NCBI GenBank assembly: GCA_036644995.1
Contig: JAVXOZ010000002.1
Location: forward strand, 50,128 to 114,127
Origin: Clostridiales bacterium
GTDB lineage: Bacteria; Bacillota; Dehalobacteriia; UBA7702
DNA: 64,000 nucleotides
Reading direction: 5' to 3'
Position numbers and translations under genes: made by a program
In this document: in pieces, positions 10,508-18,904 of the stretch
Numbering within the stretch: position 1 is the first letter of the stretch
How the letters are laid out: each line of letters starts with the position of its first letter
The notes under the pieces: model-generated
Databases searched by the model: none
The model's input: only the letters and a program-made list of their open reading frames with translations
What the model was told of the DNA's origin: nothing

Positions 10508-11130
10508 AAAAAAGGCTCCAATTTTTCTGCTATTTCGCTAAATACTTTTTTCGGGGTATTTTCGCCGTTTACTGTGATAATATTTTCACTTTTGGCTGCA
10601 AGAGCCGAATATCCTTGACGAACATCATTGAAAAAAATATTTTGTTCCTGTTCTAAACGGTCGGGCTTTTCTTGGCGGTTATTATTTATCCGCTCTCTAC
10701 CCTTTTCCGGGCTGATATCTATAACAATGGTGATATTTGGCTCTAAGCCTTGGGTTGCTAAATCGTTGAGTTTTTCAATGGTGGCAATATCTAAATTCCT
10801 GCCATAGCCTTGGTAGGCAATGGTGGATAATGTGTAGCGATCCGATATTACAACTTTGCCCATATCTAAATTGGGCAGGATAATTTCTTTTATATGCTGT
10901 GCTCTGTCTGCGGCGTAAAGCAGCAGCTCTGTAAGGTAGCTCATCCCTTTATTATCCCCATCCAGCAGTAAATTGCGGATTTTTTCCCCCAAAGCTGTGC
11001 CACCTGGCTCACGGGTTACCACAACCTCATAGCCTAAGCTTTGGCACCATTCTTTAACTTTGGTTATTTGGCAGGATTTACCGGCGCCGTCTATTCCCTC
11101 AAAGGCAATAAAAATACCTTGTTTTGTCAT
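10492..11130 (-). CDS. tmk: Thymidylate kinase
   Basis: MTKQGIFIAFEGIDGAGKS P-loop plus a DRY/LID region. Confidence 0.95.
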   Translation of the reverse strand: MTKQGIFIAFEGIDGAGKSCQITKVKEWCQSLGYEVVVTREPGGTALGEKIRNLLLDGDNKGMSYLTELLLYAADRAQHIKEIILPNLDMGKVVISDRYTLSTIAYQGYGRNLDIATIEKLNDLATQGLEPNITIVIDISPEKGRERINNNRQEKPDRLEQEQNIFFNDVRQGYSALAAKSENIITVNGENTPKKVFSEIAEKLEPFLCTKN

Positions 11131-11360
11131 ATCTGATTTCCTTATACTTCTATATATAGTTACTTCTAATTATTATCTCACAAGTTGAAAAAAAAGGCAA
11201 TGTTTTAAAGCTATATAGTAGTGATAGATTGTGTCGAAACCCAAGAAATTGACTTGAAAAAAGATTTAATATGATTTTAGGCTGTTTTTAAGCATAAATA
11301 TATACTAAAATCACGGTTAAACCCCAAGAATAAATTTGCTTAGAGTTTTTTTTAAGCTCC

Positions 11361-11389
11361 TTGTTCTTAGAAGAAAAAATTGGTATAAT
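11361..11389 (+). promoter_or_regulatory. Sigma-A-type promoter (TTGTTC -17- TGgTATAAT, extended -10) for the radical-SAM/argA-like/argH unit
   Basis: TTGTTC at 11361-66, 17 nt spacer, TGGTATAAT at 11381-89. RBS GAGGAG and ATG 11416 follow. Confidence 0.5.
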
Positions 11390-11415
11390 AAAAAGATAAA
11401 CTGAGGAGATTTTAT

Positions 11416-12555
11416 ATGAAAATGGAAAAAGAGTTGGAACAGTATCTAACTGCATCTATGACCAAATTAGTTAAAGATGTGCTAAAATCAACCTTGAAAA
11501 ACCCCAAAGAAACGGCTTTTTTGATTAAGAGCACTAAAAATATGGAAATTATGCACCAACGGCGAAAAGATATGGGGGATCGGGGCAATAATATACCCGG
11601 GTTTTTAATTGCCAGCATTACCAATGCCTGTAATTTATTTTGCAGTGGCTGCTATGCCCGTGCCAATGGTATGTGCAATGATGATGAAGCTGAGGCACTT
11701 TTAACTGCTGAGGATTGGGAATCTATTTTTTCCCAAAGTGCCAAAGTGGGGATTGCCTTTATCCTTTTGGCAGGTGGCGAGCCTTTGCTGCGTAAAGATG
11801 TGATTAAAACCGCCGCAAAATTTAAAGAAATTGTTTTTCCTGTTTTTACCAACGGTACAATTTTAGATGATGATTATTTGCGGTTCTTTGATGAAAACCG
11901 CAATATGGTGCCGATTTTAAGCTTGGAAGGAAATCATAAAGAAACCGATGAACGCCGAGGTAAAGGTGTTTATCAACGGCTATACCATAGCATGAGCGGC
12001 TTGAAAACAAATAAAATATTATTTGCTGCTTCCCTTACGGTTACTACGGAAAATATTGATAAAATAACTGCCGTGGAGTTCATTGAGAATTTGCAAAACC
12101 ATGGTTGCCGTGGAGTTTTATTTATAGAATATGTAGCCGTTGACGGCAAAACCCAAACTTTGGAAATTGATGAAAAAGGCCGTGAAAAATTGGAAAAACG
12201 TCAAGAATCTCTGCGTAAAAAATTCCCCGCCATGGTGTTTATTTCTTTCCCCGGTGATGAAAAACAAATGGGGGGTTGTTTGGCAGCGGGGCGAGGTTTT
12301 TTTCATATCAGTCCCCAAGGCAATGCCGAGGCTTGCCCATTTTCTCCCTTTGCAGATTGTAATTTAAAAGAGGTTTCCCTGTTGGAAGCCTTAAAATCAC
12401 CTTTTTTTGATATGCTGCGGCAGAAGCATTTGGTGGGTGGTGAACATAGTGGCGGCTGTGCTCTGTTTCAAAGAGAAGCCGAGGTTAAGGAGTGTTTAAA
12501 GGTGGCAAAATTGAATAAAACGTTGGAGGTGGAGCATGATTTACAGAAAAGCTAA
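11416..12555 (+). CDS. Radical SAM enzyme with C-terminal SPASM/twitch-like Cys cluster; unknown substrate
   Basis: CNLFCSGCY (Cx3Cx2C) at residues ~72-79, GGEPLL, and a C-terminal GGCLAAGRGFFHISPQGNAEACPFSPFADC. A ~70 aa N-terminal extension precedes the cluster. The stop overlaps the next gene by 20 nt. Confidence 0.8.
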   Translation: MKMEKELEQYLTASMTKLVKDVLKSTLKNPKETAFLIKSTKNMEIMHQRRKDMGDRGNNIPGFLIASITNACNLFCSGCYARANGMCNDDEAEALLTAEDWESIFSQSAKVGIAFILLAGGEPLLRKDVIKTAAKFKEIVFPVFTNGTILDDDYLRFFDENRNMVPILSLEGNHKETDERRGKGVYQRLYHSMSGLKTNKILFAASLTVTTENIDKITAVEFIENLQNHGCRGVLFIEYVAVDGKTQTLEIDEKGREKLEKRQESLRKKFPAMVFISFPGDEKQMGGCLAAGRGFFHISPQGNAEACPFSPFADCNLKEVSLLEALKSPFFDMLRQKHLVGGEHSGGCALFQREAEVKECLKVAKLNKTLEVEHDLQKS

Positions 12556-13003
12556 AATAGATGATGTGGAACAGATTTATCAGCTTATTATGGATTATGC
12601 CAATGAAGGGCTGATGTTGGCAAGACCACGGCAAGGGATTTATGCAGGTATCCGTGAATATATTGTAGGGGAAAATTCCACAGGTGAGGTGGTTGCCATT
12701 GGTGCTTTGCGGATTTTGTGGAGCGATTTGGCGGAAATTTGCTCCTTAGCTGTGCGTGAGCCTTATTTGAAAAAAGGGATTGGCAAAAAAATAGTTGAAT
12801 TACTGGAAAATGAAGCCGAGGATTTACGGATTCCCCAAATTTTTGCTTTAACCTATCAACAAGGGTTCTTCTTGAAATGCGGCTTTAATTCCGTGGAACA
12901 CAGTGCCTTGCCCCAAAAAGTTTGGCGTGATTGCATAGATTGCCCTAAGTTTCCTGATTGTGATGAGAAGGCGGTATTAAAAAATACTTCCCATAATGGG
13001 TGA
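12536..13003 (+). CDS. argA: GNAT N-acetyltransferase, short-form N-acetylglutamate synthase (S-NAGS/ArgA-like)
   Basis: 155 aa. The block VVAIGALRILWSDLAEICSLAV...GIGKKIVELL...IFALTYQQGFF is colinear with my recollection of mycobacterial short ArgA (GALHVLWSDLGEI...GIG..IV..LL). Lies immediately upstream of argH. Confidence 0.6.
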   Translation: MIYRKAKIDDVEQIYQLIMDYANEGLMLARPRQGIYAGIREYIVGENSTGEVVAIGALRILWSDLAEICSLAVREPYLKKGIGKKIVELLENEAEDLRIPQIFALTYQQGFFLKCGFNSVEHSALPQKVWRDCIDCPKFPDCDEKAVLKNTSHNG

Positions 13004-13268
13004 TAGCAGGGAAACTCCCCAAACTGAGACCGCTTATGTATTATATATACACTGCACGTCCTCATTTTGGTGTGTTCCCCTGTTCTAACCCATTCTTGAA
13101 AGTATTTTTGTTGCCCATAGGAGATAGCAGGGAAACTTTTTTGAAAGTATTTGTAGTGCCCAAAGCATATAATAAGGAAACTTTTTTAGCAAGGTTAACT
13201 TGTTTTAAAAATTTCCATATAAAATTTAAGATGATTTATTGGACAAGTTGTAATAACGGAGGTTTGTG

Positions 13269-14669
13269 ATGAAATTATGGGGTGGCAGATTTGCCAAAAA
13301 TAACGATGCTTTAATGGAAGATTTTCATTCTTCCATCACTTTTGATAAAAGACTTTTCGAAGAAGATATTACCGGTTCTTTGGCACATAGTGCCATGTTG
13401 GCAAAACAGGGAATAATTTCCTCTGATGAAGGGGAATTAATCCGCAAGGGACTAAAAGAAATTTTAGCCGATATTGCCAATGGCAATGTGGAATTTGATG
13501 TTAAAGCAGAAGATATCCACATGAATGTGGAAACCATGCTCATAGCCAAAATTGGCGATGTGGGTAAAAAACTGCACACAGGCAGAAGCAGAAACGACCA
13601 AGTGGCTTTGGATATCCATTTATATTTAAAGCACGAAACCGATGGGGTGCTGGTGTTATTGCAATCTTTGGAAGAAACCATATTGGCAATGGCAGAACAG
13701 CACACTCACACTGTTATGCCGGGATATACACATTTGCAAAAGGCACAGCCCATTTCTTTTGCCCATCACTTAATGGCATATTTTGAAATGTTTTTAAGGG
13801 ATATGGGGAGATTGCAGGATAGTAAAAAACGTTTGGATGTAATGGTTTTAGGCTCAGGTGCTTTGGCAGGTACTGTTTTTCCTTTGGATAGAGAATTTGT
13901 AAAAGAACAGCTGGGCTTTGCTGAAATTTCTCAAAATTCCATGGATGGTGTTTCCGACCGTGATTTTGCCTTGGAATTTTTGGCGGCGGCTGCCATGATT
14001 ATGATGCACCTTTCCCGTTTTTCCGAAGAAATAATTCTTTGGAGCACAGGGGAATTTGCTTTTGTAACCATGGATGATGGTTACAGCACCGGTTCTTCCA
14101 TTATGCCCCAGAAAAAAAATCCCGATGCCGCAGAACTTGTCCGTGGGAAAACAGGGAGAGTTTACGGGGATTTAATGGCTTTACTTACGGTGATGAAGGG
14201 GATTCCCTTAGCCTACAACAAGGATATGCAGGAAGATAAAGAGGCTTTGTTTGATGCTGTGGATACGGTGAAAAAATCTCTGATGATTTTTAAGCCCATG
14301 ATAGCTACAATGAAAATTAATAAAGAGCGGATGAGAGCCGATGCCGAAGGTGGTTTTATCAATGCCACAGATGCTGCGGATTATTTGGCAGAGCACGGTG
14401 TACCCTTCCGTGAAGCCCATGGAGTGGTGGGTTCTTTGGTTTTATATTGCGAAAAAGTGGGCAAAGCCTTAGGCGAGCTTACCCTTGAGGAATGGCAAAA
14501 ATTTTCACCGGTTTTTAAAGAGGATATATACAAATTTGTAAAAATTGAAAACAGCTTAAGCCGCCGAGATATTCCCGGTGGCCCTGCACCTGTTCAATGC
14601 GGAAAAGCCATAGTAAATGCCAAGGAGCGTTTAGCATATATGGTAAATGAAAATAAAGGAGTTAAATAA
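13269..14669 (+). CDS. argH: Argininosuccinate lyase
   Basis: MKLWGGRF... fumarate-lyase signature GSSIMPQKKNPD. Start taken at ATG 13269 (RBS GGAGG 7 nt upstream) rather than the GTG at 13266. Confidence 0.97.
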   Translation: MKLWGGRFAKNNDALMEDFHSSITFDKRLFEEDITGSLAHSAMLAKQGIISSDEGELIRKGLKEILADIANGNVEFDVKAEDIHMNVETMLIAKIGDVGKKLHTGRSRNDQVALDIHLYLKHETDGVLVLLQSLEETILAMAEQHTHTVMPGYTHLQKAQPISFAHHLMAYFEMFLRDMGRLQDSKKRLDVMVLGSGALAGTVFPLDREFVKEQLGFAEISQNSMDGVSDRDFALEFLAAAAMIMMHLSRFSEEIILWSTGEFAFVTMDDGYSTGSSIMPQKKNPDAAELVRGKTGRVYGDLMALLTVMKGIPLAYNKDMQEDKEALFDAVDTVKKSLMIFKPMIATMKINKERMRADAEGGFINATDAADYLAEHGVPFREAHGVVGSLVLYCEKVGKALGELTLEEWQKFSPVFKEDIYKFVKIENSLSRRDIPGGPAPVQCGKAIVNAKERLAYMVNENKGVK

Positions 14670-15772
14670 TGGAAAAAGCAAAAGTATATTATACTAATTT
14701 TCGCACTACCAATACAGAAAATCAGCCCCAAAAATTAGCACGGCTGATAAAAACAGCGGGTATGGAAACCATGGATTTTAAAAACAAATTTACCGCTATT
14801 AAAATACACTTTGGAGAATTGGGCAATTTAGCTTTTTTACGCCCTAATTATGCCAAGGTGGTGGCGGATATGGTTAAAGCAAACGGCGGCAAAGTATTTT
14901 TAACCGATAGCAATACCCTTTATGTGGGTAGCCGCAAAAACGCTTTGGATCATTTGGATACCGCTTATGAAAACGGTTACAGTCCTTTTTCCACAGGGTG
15001 CCATGTGATTATTGCCGATGGTTTGAAGGGTACAGATGAAATACTTGTGCCCATAGATGGGGAATATGTAAAAGAAGCAAAAATTGGCAGAGCCTTGATG
15101 GATGCGGATATAATTATCTCCCTTAACCACTTTAAAGGTCATGAATTCACAGGTTTTGGCGGTGCGTTAAAAAATATTGGCATGGGGGGTGGCTCCCGTG
15201 CGGGAAAAATGGAAATGCACAGCAATGGCAAACCCGTGGTGAAAGAGGAGCTTTGCACAGGCTGTAAAACCTGTTTAAAAAATTGTGCCAACGATGGCGT
15301 GGTTATAGAAAATAAAAAAGCTAAAATTATTGAAGAAAAATGTTTGGGCTGCGGCCGTTGTATTGGGGTTTGTCCTGAGGATGCCATGGTAGCCAATCTT
15401 AATGAAGCTAACGATATTTTGAATTGTAAAATTGCGGAATATACCAAAGCGATTATTAAAGATAAGCCCCATTTTCATATATCTTTGGTGGTGGATGTTT
15501 CACCATTTTGCGATTGCCATTCAGAAAATGATGTTGCCATTGTTCCCGATGTGGGTATGTTTGCCTCCTTTGACCCTGTGGCATTGGATATGGCTTGTGC
15601 CCATGCTGTAAATGCTCAACCTGCTATTTTGGAAAGCCGCTTGGGTGAAATGAAACATGAAAGTGATGACCACTTCCATAATAATCACCCCAGCACAGAT
15701 TGGCGGGCTTGTTTAAAGCATGGTGAAAAAATTGGCATTGGCAGCCAAAAATATGAATTGATTGAGATATAA
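14669..15772 (+). CDS. DUF362-domain protein with 2x[4Fe-4S] ferredoxin insert
   Basis: CTGCKTCLKNC and CLGCGRCIGVCP motifs inside a DUF362 fold; start overlaps the argH stop. Confidence 0.75.
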   Translation: MEKAKVYYTNFRTTNTENQPQKLARLIKTAGMETMDFKNKFTAIKIHFGELGNLAFLRPNYAKVVADMVKANGGKVFLTDSNTLYVGSRKNALDHLDTAYENGYSPFSTGCHVIIADGLKGTDEILVPIDGEYVKEAKIGRALMDADIIISLNHFKGHEFTGFGGALKNIGMGGGSRAGKMEMHSNGKPVVKEELCTGCKTCLKNCANDGVVIENKKAKIIEEKCLGCGRCIGVCPEDAMVANLNEANDILNCKIAEYTKAIIKDKPHFHISLVVDVSPFCDCHSENDVAIVPDVGMFASFDPVALDMACAHAVNAQPAILESRLGEMKHESDDHFHNNHPSTDWRACLKHGEKIGIGSQKYELIEI

Positions 15773-15828
15773 AAATAAGTGGGTTTTACAATTAGTTATA
15801 TTTGAAATTAGATATTTAAGGTAGGAAT

Positions 15829-17007
15829 ATGGAATATAGAAAAAATCCCAAAAACGGTGATAAGCTTTCTGTTTTAGGTTATGGCTGTATGCGATATACC
15901 AAAAAAGGCGGCAGTATCGACCAAGAAAAAGCAGAAAAAGAGATGCTCTACGCCTTGGAGCACGGGGTAAATTATTTTGATACCGCCTATGTTTACCGTG
16001 GCTGTGAAGTGGCATTGGGGAAGTTTTTAGCCAAAGGACATCGTAAAGATGTTTATATAGCCACAAAATTACCCCATTATCAGCTTAAAACCTTAGATGA
16101 TGCCCAGCGGATTTTTCAAGAGGAATTAAGCCGCTTGCAAACCGACTATATCGACTATTATTTAATCCATATGCTCACCGATGTGGCTGCTTGGCGCCGT
16201 TTGGAAAAAATGGGATTGGGAGATTGGCTGGAGCAAAAGGTTAAAAACGGAGAAATCCGCAATGTGGGTTTTTCTTATCACGGGGGAACCAAAGGCTTTA
16301 TTGATTTAATAGATGCTCACCCTTGGGATTTTGTGCAAATACAGTTTAATTATATGGACGAACATAGTCAAGCAGGGCTTAAAGGCTTGAAATATGCGGC
16401 GGCTCAAGATATCCCTGTGATAATAATGGAGCCTTTGCGTGGTGGGCGTTTAACTGTGGATTTGCCCCCAAAAGCCAAAGATATATTTGCCCAAGCCCAG
16501 CCGCCCAAAACAGCGGCGGAGTGGGGTTTGCGGTGGATTTGGAACCACCCCGAAGTTACCGTGGTGCTATCGGGAATGAACGATATTTCCCAAGTTACGG
16601 AAAATGTGGCAGTGGCAGATGTTGCTTTAGCTAATTCTTTAAGTGATGAGGAATTGGCTATTTTTCCAAGGGTGAAAGAGGCTATTGATAAATCCGTAAA
16701 AATACCCTGTACAGGGTGCGGTTACTGTATGCCCTGCCCTAAGGCCGTGGATATACCCAATGCTTTTCGTAGCTATAATGTGAGTTATAGCGATGGCTGG
16801 TATCACGGTATTCGGGAGTATTATATGGCTACCACTATGCGTACTAATCCTACCAATGCCGGTCTTTGTGTGCAATGTGGCAAATGTAAAAAACATTGCC
16901 CCCAAAGTATTAATGTGCCCGAAGAAATTTTGAAAGTACAAAAGAGAATGGAAAATCCCCTATATAAATTAGTGGCTAAGTTTTCTAAATATTTTGTGAA
17001 ATTTTGA
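15829..17007 (+). CDS. Aldo/keto reductase fused to a C-terminal 4Fe-4S ferredoxin domain
   Basis: N-terminal AKR fold (GYGCMRY, catalytic Y/K) plus C-terminal CTGCGYCMPCP and CVQCGKCKKHCP. Confidence 0.85.
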   Translation: MEYRKNPKNGDKLSVLGYGCMRYTKKGGSIDQEKAEKEMLYALEHGVNYFDTAYVYRGCEVALGKFLAKGHRKDVYIATKLPHYQLKTLDDAQRIFQEELSRLQTDYIDYYLIHMLTDVAAWRRLEKMGLGDWLEQKVKNGEIRNVGFSYHGGTKGFIDLIDAHPWDFVQIQFNYMDEHSQAGLKGLKYAAAQDIPVIIMEPLRGGRLTVDLPPKAKDIFAQAQPPKTAAEWGLRWIWNHPEVTVVLSGMNDISQVTENVAVADVALANSLSDEELAIFPRVKEAIDKSVKIPCTGCGYCMPCPKAVDIPNAFRSYNVSYSDGWYHGIREYYMATTMRTNPTNAGLCVQCGKCKKHCPQSINVPEEILKVQKRMENPLYKLVAKFSKYFVKF

Positions 17008-17057
17008 CAAATTTTCCATAATGGCGGATATGGAGAAAACTTAAAAAATTTACGGGT

Positions 17058-17181
17058 AGGCTGTTGATAAAGTCTGATATTCGGTAAAATCCCTTCCCAT
17101 CCACTGCCTATGCACATATAGGTACACTGCACAGTGGCTGTTCAGGGAGTTTTACCGAATCTAAGGCTTTCTTAACAGCCT
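17058..17181 (+). repeat. Interspersed ~124 bp imperfect-palindromic repeat, copy A
   Basis: AGGCTGTTGATAAAGTCTGATATTCGGTAAAATCCC...GGGAGTTTTACCGAATCTAAGGCTTTCTTAACAGCCT; terminal inverted repeats with a palindromic core. Followed by GACAATCTG. Bracketed by the 17 bp direct repeat TTAAAAAATTTACGGGT (17041-57 and 17194-210). Confidence 0.9.
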
Positions 17182-17310
17182 GACAATCTGCACTTAAAAA
17201 ATTTACGGGTTTATCTGCATTAAAGCACATTGCATCTCCATATTTTTAGGTTTTAGTGAGTTTAAGCTTTCTTAAATCTTTGGAATTTATGGATTATTGC
17301 TAAATTAAAT

Positions 17311-17351
17311 AAAAAATCCCGAAGAACCGTTTTGGTTTTTCGGGATTTTTT
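17311..17351. terminator. Bidirectional intrinsic terminator hairpin
   Basis: AAAAAATCCCGAAGAACCGTTTTGGTTTTTCGGGATTTTTT: a 10 bp stem flanked by A-run and T-run. Lies between the convergent AKR and hydrolase genes. Confidence 0.65.
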
Positions 17352-17490
17352 GGCGGAAAATTGCCATGTATTTAATTTTATATTAAGTTAAGTGATAAAG
17401 TGATTTTTTTTTAAGTTATCGGTAAATATTACAAATTTGTTTGGCTTTAATATGTGAAAATTTTAGATTTTAAAAAGCTGTTAAAAGGCT

Positions 17491-18354
17491 TTACCATTTA
17501 TTAAACCAGTCTACGGTGAGGTCAAAAGCATCTTTACGGGCTTTGGCACAGAGCTCGGGGAATTTGCGTTCGTTTTTTTGGGTTCGTGCCCAAGCTGTTA
17601 CCGGGGTTAAATAGTGGCTTGCTATATCAAAATTAACGTGTTTATATTCATAGGGGAAATTATTGGCTTTTAATCTATCCACAATGTGTTTTGCTCCGTA
17701 TTCTGAAGGCCACATATCATCTGTGGTGGTGGATAAAACCAAAACGTTGCCGTGAATTTTTTCCACGGGAATAATGGCTTCTTCGGGGATGGGGTGGGTA
17801 AAAAGCTCATCATAGCGATAGAGCATTAAAAGTTTACGCCCTTTCCATACACGCTTTATAAAATTCCAGCCTGCACAGCCCTTCATGTGAAAATAGGGCA
17901 ATGGACGGTTTTTATAGCTCCAAGATGAGGTTCTTATAGGGAATTTATACCATGTTACCCCTTCATAAATATAGCAACTGGGTGTAACCCCCACTACGCA
18001 GGTAATATCAGGGAAAAGTGTGGCGGAGGTTAAGGTTAGTTCTGTGCCCTTTGACCAGCCGTACATTCCTATTTTTTTTATTGTGCCATTTTGGTATTTT
18101 TTTAGCCAATTAACGGCATTTTCAATGTATTCTATGGGAATATTGGAAAGTTTATAGCTTAAACCCTTAACGTACCAATAGCCCACTGCCAAAGCAAAAA
18201 AACCATTTTCTGCCAATAATTTTGCTATGGTTTTGGCATTTTCAATACCGCCATCGCTGCCTGTAACAACTATTATGGCTTTATTTGTTTTGGTTTTTGG
18301 GGTAAACAAGGTACCCATAAATCCCTCTTTTTTTAAATCTATATCAAGACTCAT
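17491..18354 (-). CDS. Alpha/beta hydrolase, BAAT/acyl-CoA thioesterase C-terminal-domain family
   Basis: GWSKG nucleophile elbow and dienelactone-hydrolase-like fold. True start is ATG 18354 (MSLDIDL..., RBS GGGAGGT). The track's upstream extension to 18519 reads through repeat copy B. Confidence 0.8.
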   Translation of the reverse strand: MSLDIDLKKEGFMGTLFTPKTKTNKAIIVVTGSDGGIENAKTIAKLLAENGFFALAVGYWYVKGLSYKLSNIPIEYIENAVNWLKKYQNGTIKKIGMYGWSKGTELTLTSATLFPDITCVVGVTPSCYIYEGVTWYKFPIRTSSWSYKNRPLPYFHMKGCAGWNFIKRVWKGRKLLMLYRYDELFTHPIPEEAIIPVEKIHGNVLVLSTTTDDMWPSEYGAKHIVDRLKANNFPYEYKHVNFDIASHYLTPVTAWARTQKNERKFPELCAKARKDAFDLTVDWFNKW

Positions 18355-18459
18355 GAAAACTTTACCTCCCAAAAATAGTAGCTTTAATAAAAAGTCAAAA
18401 ATATTATAACATATTTTGTTTAGTAAGGATAGATAAGACTTTTTAAAATAGAAATCTTT

Positions 18460-18573
18460 AGGCTGTTTATAAAGTCTGATATTCGGTAAAATCCCTTCCC
18501 ACCCACTGCTTATGTACATCTAAGTATACTGCATAGCCGCTGCTCAGGGAGTTTTACCGAATCTAAGGCTTTC
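18460..18573 (+). repeat. Interspersed palindromic repeat, copy B
   Basis: AGGCTGTTTATAAAGTCTGATATTCGGTAAAATCCCTTCCCACCCACTGCTTATGTACATCTAAGTATACTGCATAGCCGCTGCTCAGGGAGTTTTACCGAATCTAAGGCTTTCTTAACAGCCT, with the right-hand extension ATCTTGCCAAAAAACTATGTTTTT. Confidence 0.9.
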
Positions 18574-18668
18574 TTAACAGCCTTACATCTTGCCAAAAAA
18601 CTATGTTTTTCAAAAATCTTTTTAATCACTCATTATTGGCTTGGGTATTTGGTAAAAGCCAAAGGAAT

Positions 18669-18731
18669 ATTCAGTGTTCTATATCTAACATTCAGTGTTC
18701 TATATCTAACATTCAGTGTTCTATATCTCAA
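18669..18731. repeat. Tandem direct repeat, 21 bp x 3 (ATTCAGTGTTCTATATCTAAC)
   Basis: Two exact copies plus one variant copy in the spacer between repeat copy B and the end of arcC. Confidence 0.9.
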
Positions 18732-18825
18732 TATGGGGAATGGTTTTTGTTTGGTAAAAAATATGGAATACAGCCGTGTGTAAATTTTTAAGGAATACAC
18801 TTTGGTATAAAGCATGGTAATGGAA

Positions 18826-18880
18826 AACCGCACCAAATTGATGTTGCCTATGTTTTATAATCATTGGCAATTTGGTGCGG
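18826..18880 (-). terminator. Hairpin downstream of arcC (13 bp stem CCGCACCAAATTG/CAATTTGGTGCGG, 27 nt loop)
   Basis: Perfect 13 bp inverted repeat 25 bp past the arcC stop; short T-run on the minus strand. Confidence 0.4.
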
Positions 18881-18904
18881 CTTGTAATCTATTTTAATTT
18901 AGTG

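Noticed and set aside
13000-13269. 89 aa plus-strand ORF in the argA-like/argH spacer
   Set aside because: It lies wholly within a repeat-containing leader, has no RBS and a low-complexity composition, and ends exactly at the argH start. It is more likely a non-coding leader.
16821-17132. 103 aa minus-strand ORF (MQCTYMCIGSGWEGILPNIRLYQQP...) and the similar N-terminal extensions of ORFs 17491..18519 and 18905..19957, plus ORF 19725..19976 (MYISSHDEGILPNSKLYPQP...)
   Set aside because: These are translations of the interspersed palindromic repeat in one frame. The apparent conserved peptide is a by-product of repeated DNA. The real genes start downstream, at ATG 18354 and ATG 19849, each with a good RBS.
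18669-18731. Possible CRISPR array (also considered for 29484-29566)
   Set aside because: The repeats are directly abutting, with no unique spacers. They are only 17-21 bp long, with 3 units each, and there are no cas genes nearby. These are simple tandem repeats.
18603-18791. 62 aa ORF containing NIQCSIS x3
   Set aside because: It is a translation of the 21 bp x 3 tandem DNA repeat, not a protein.
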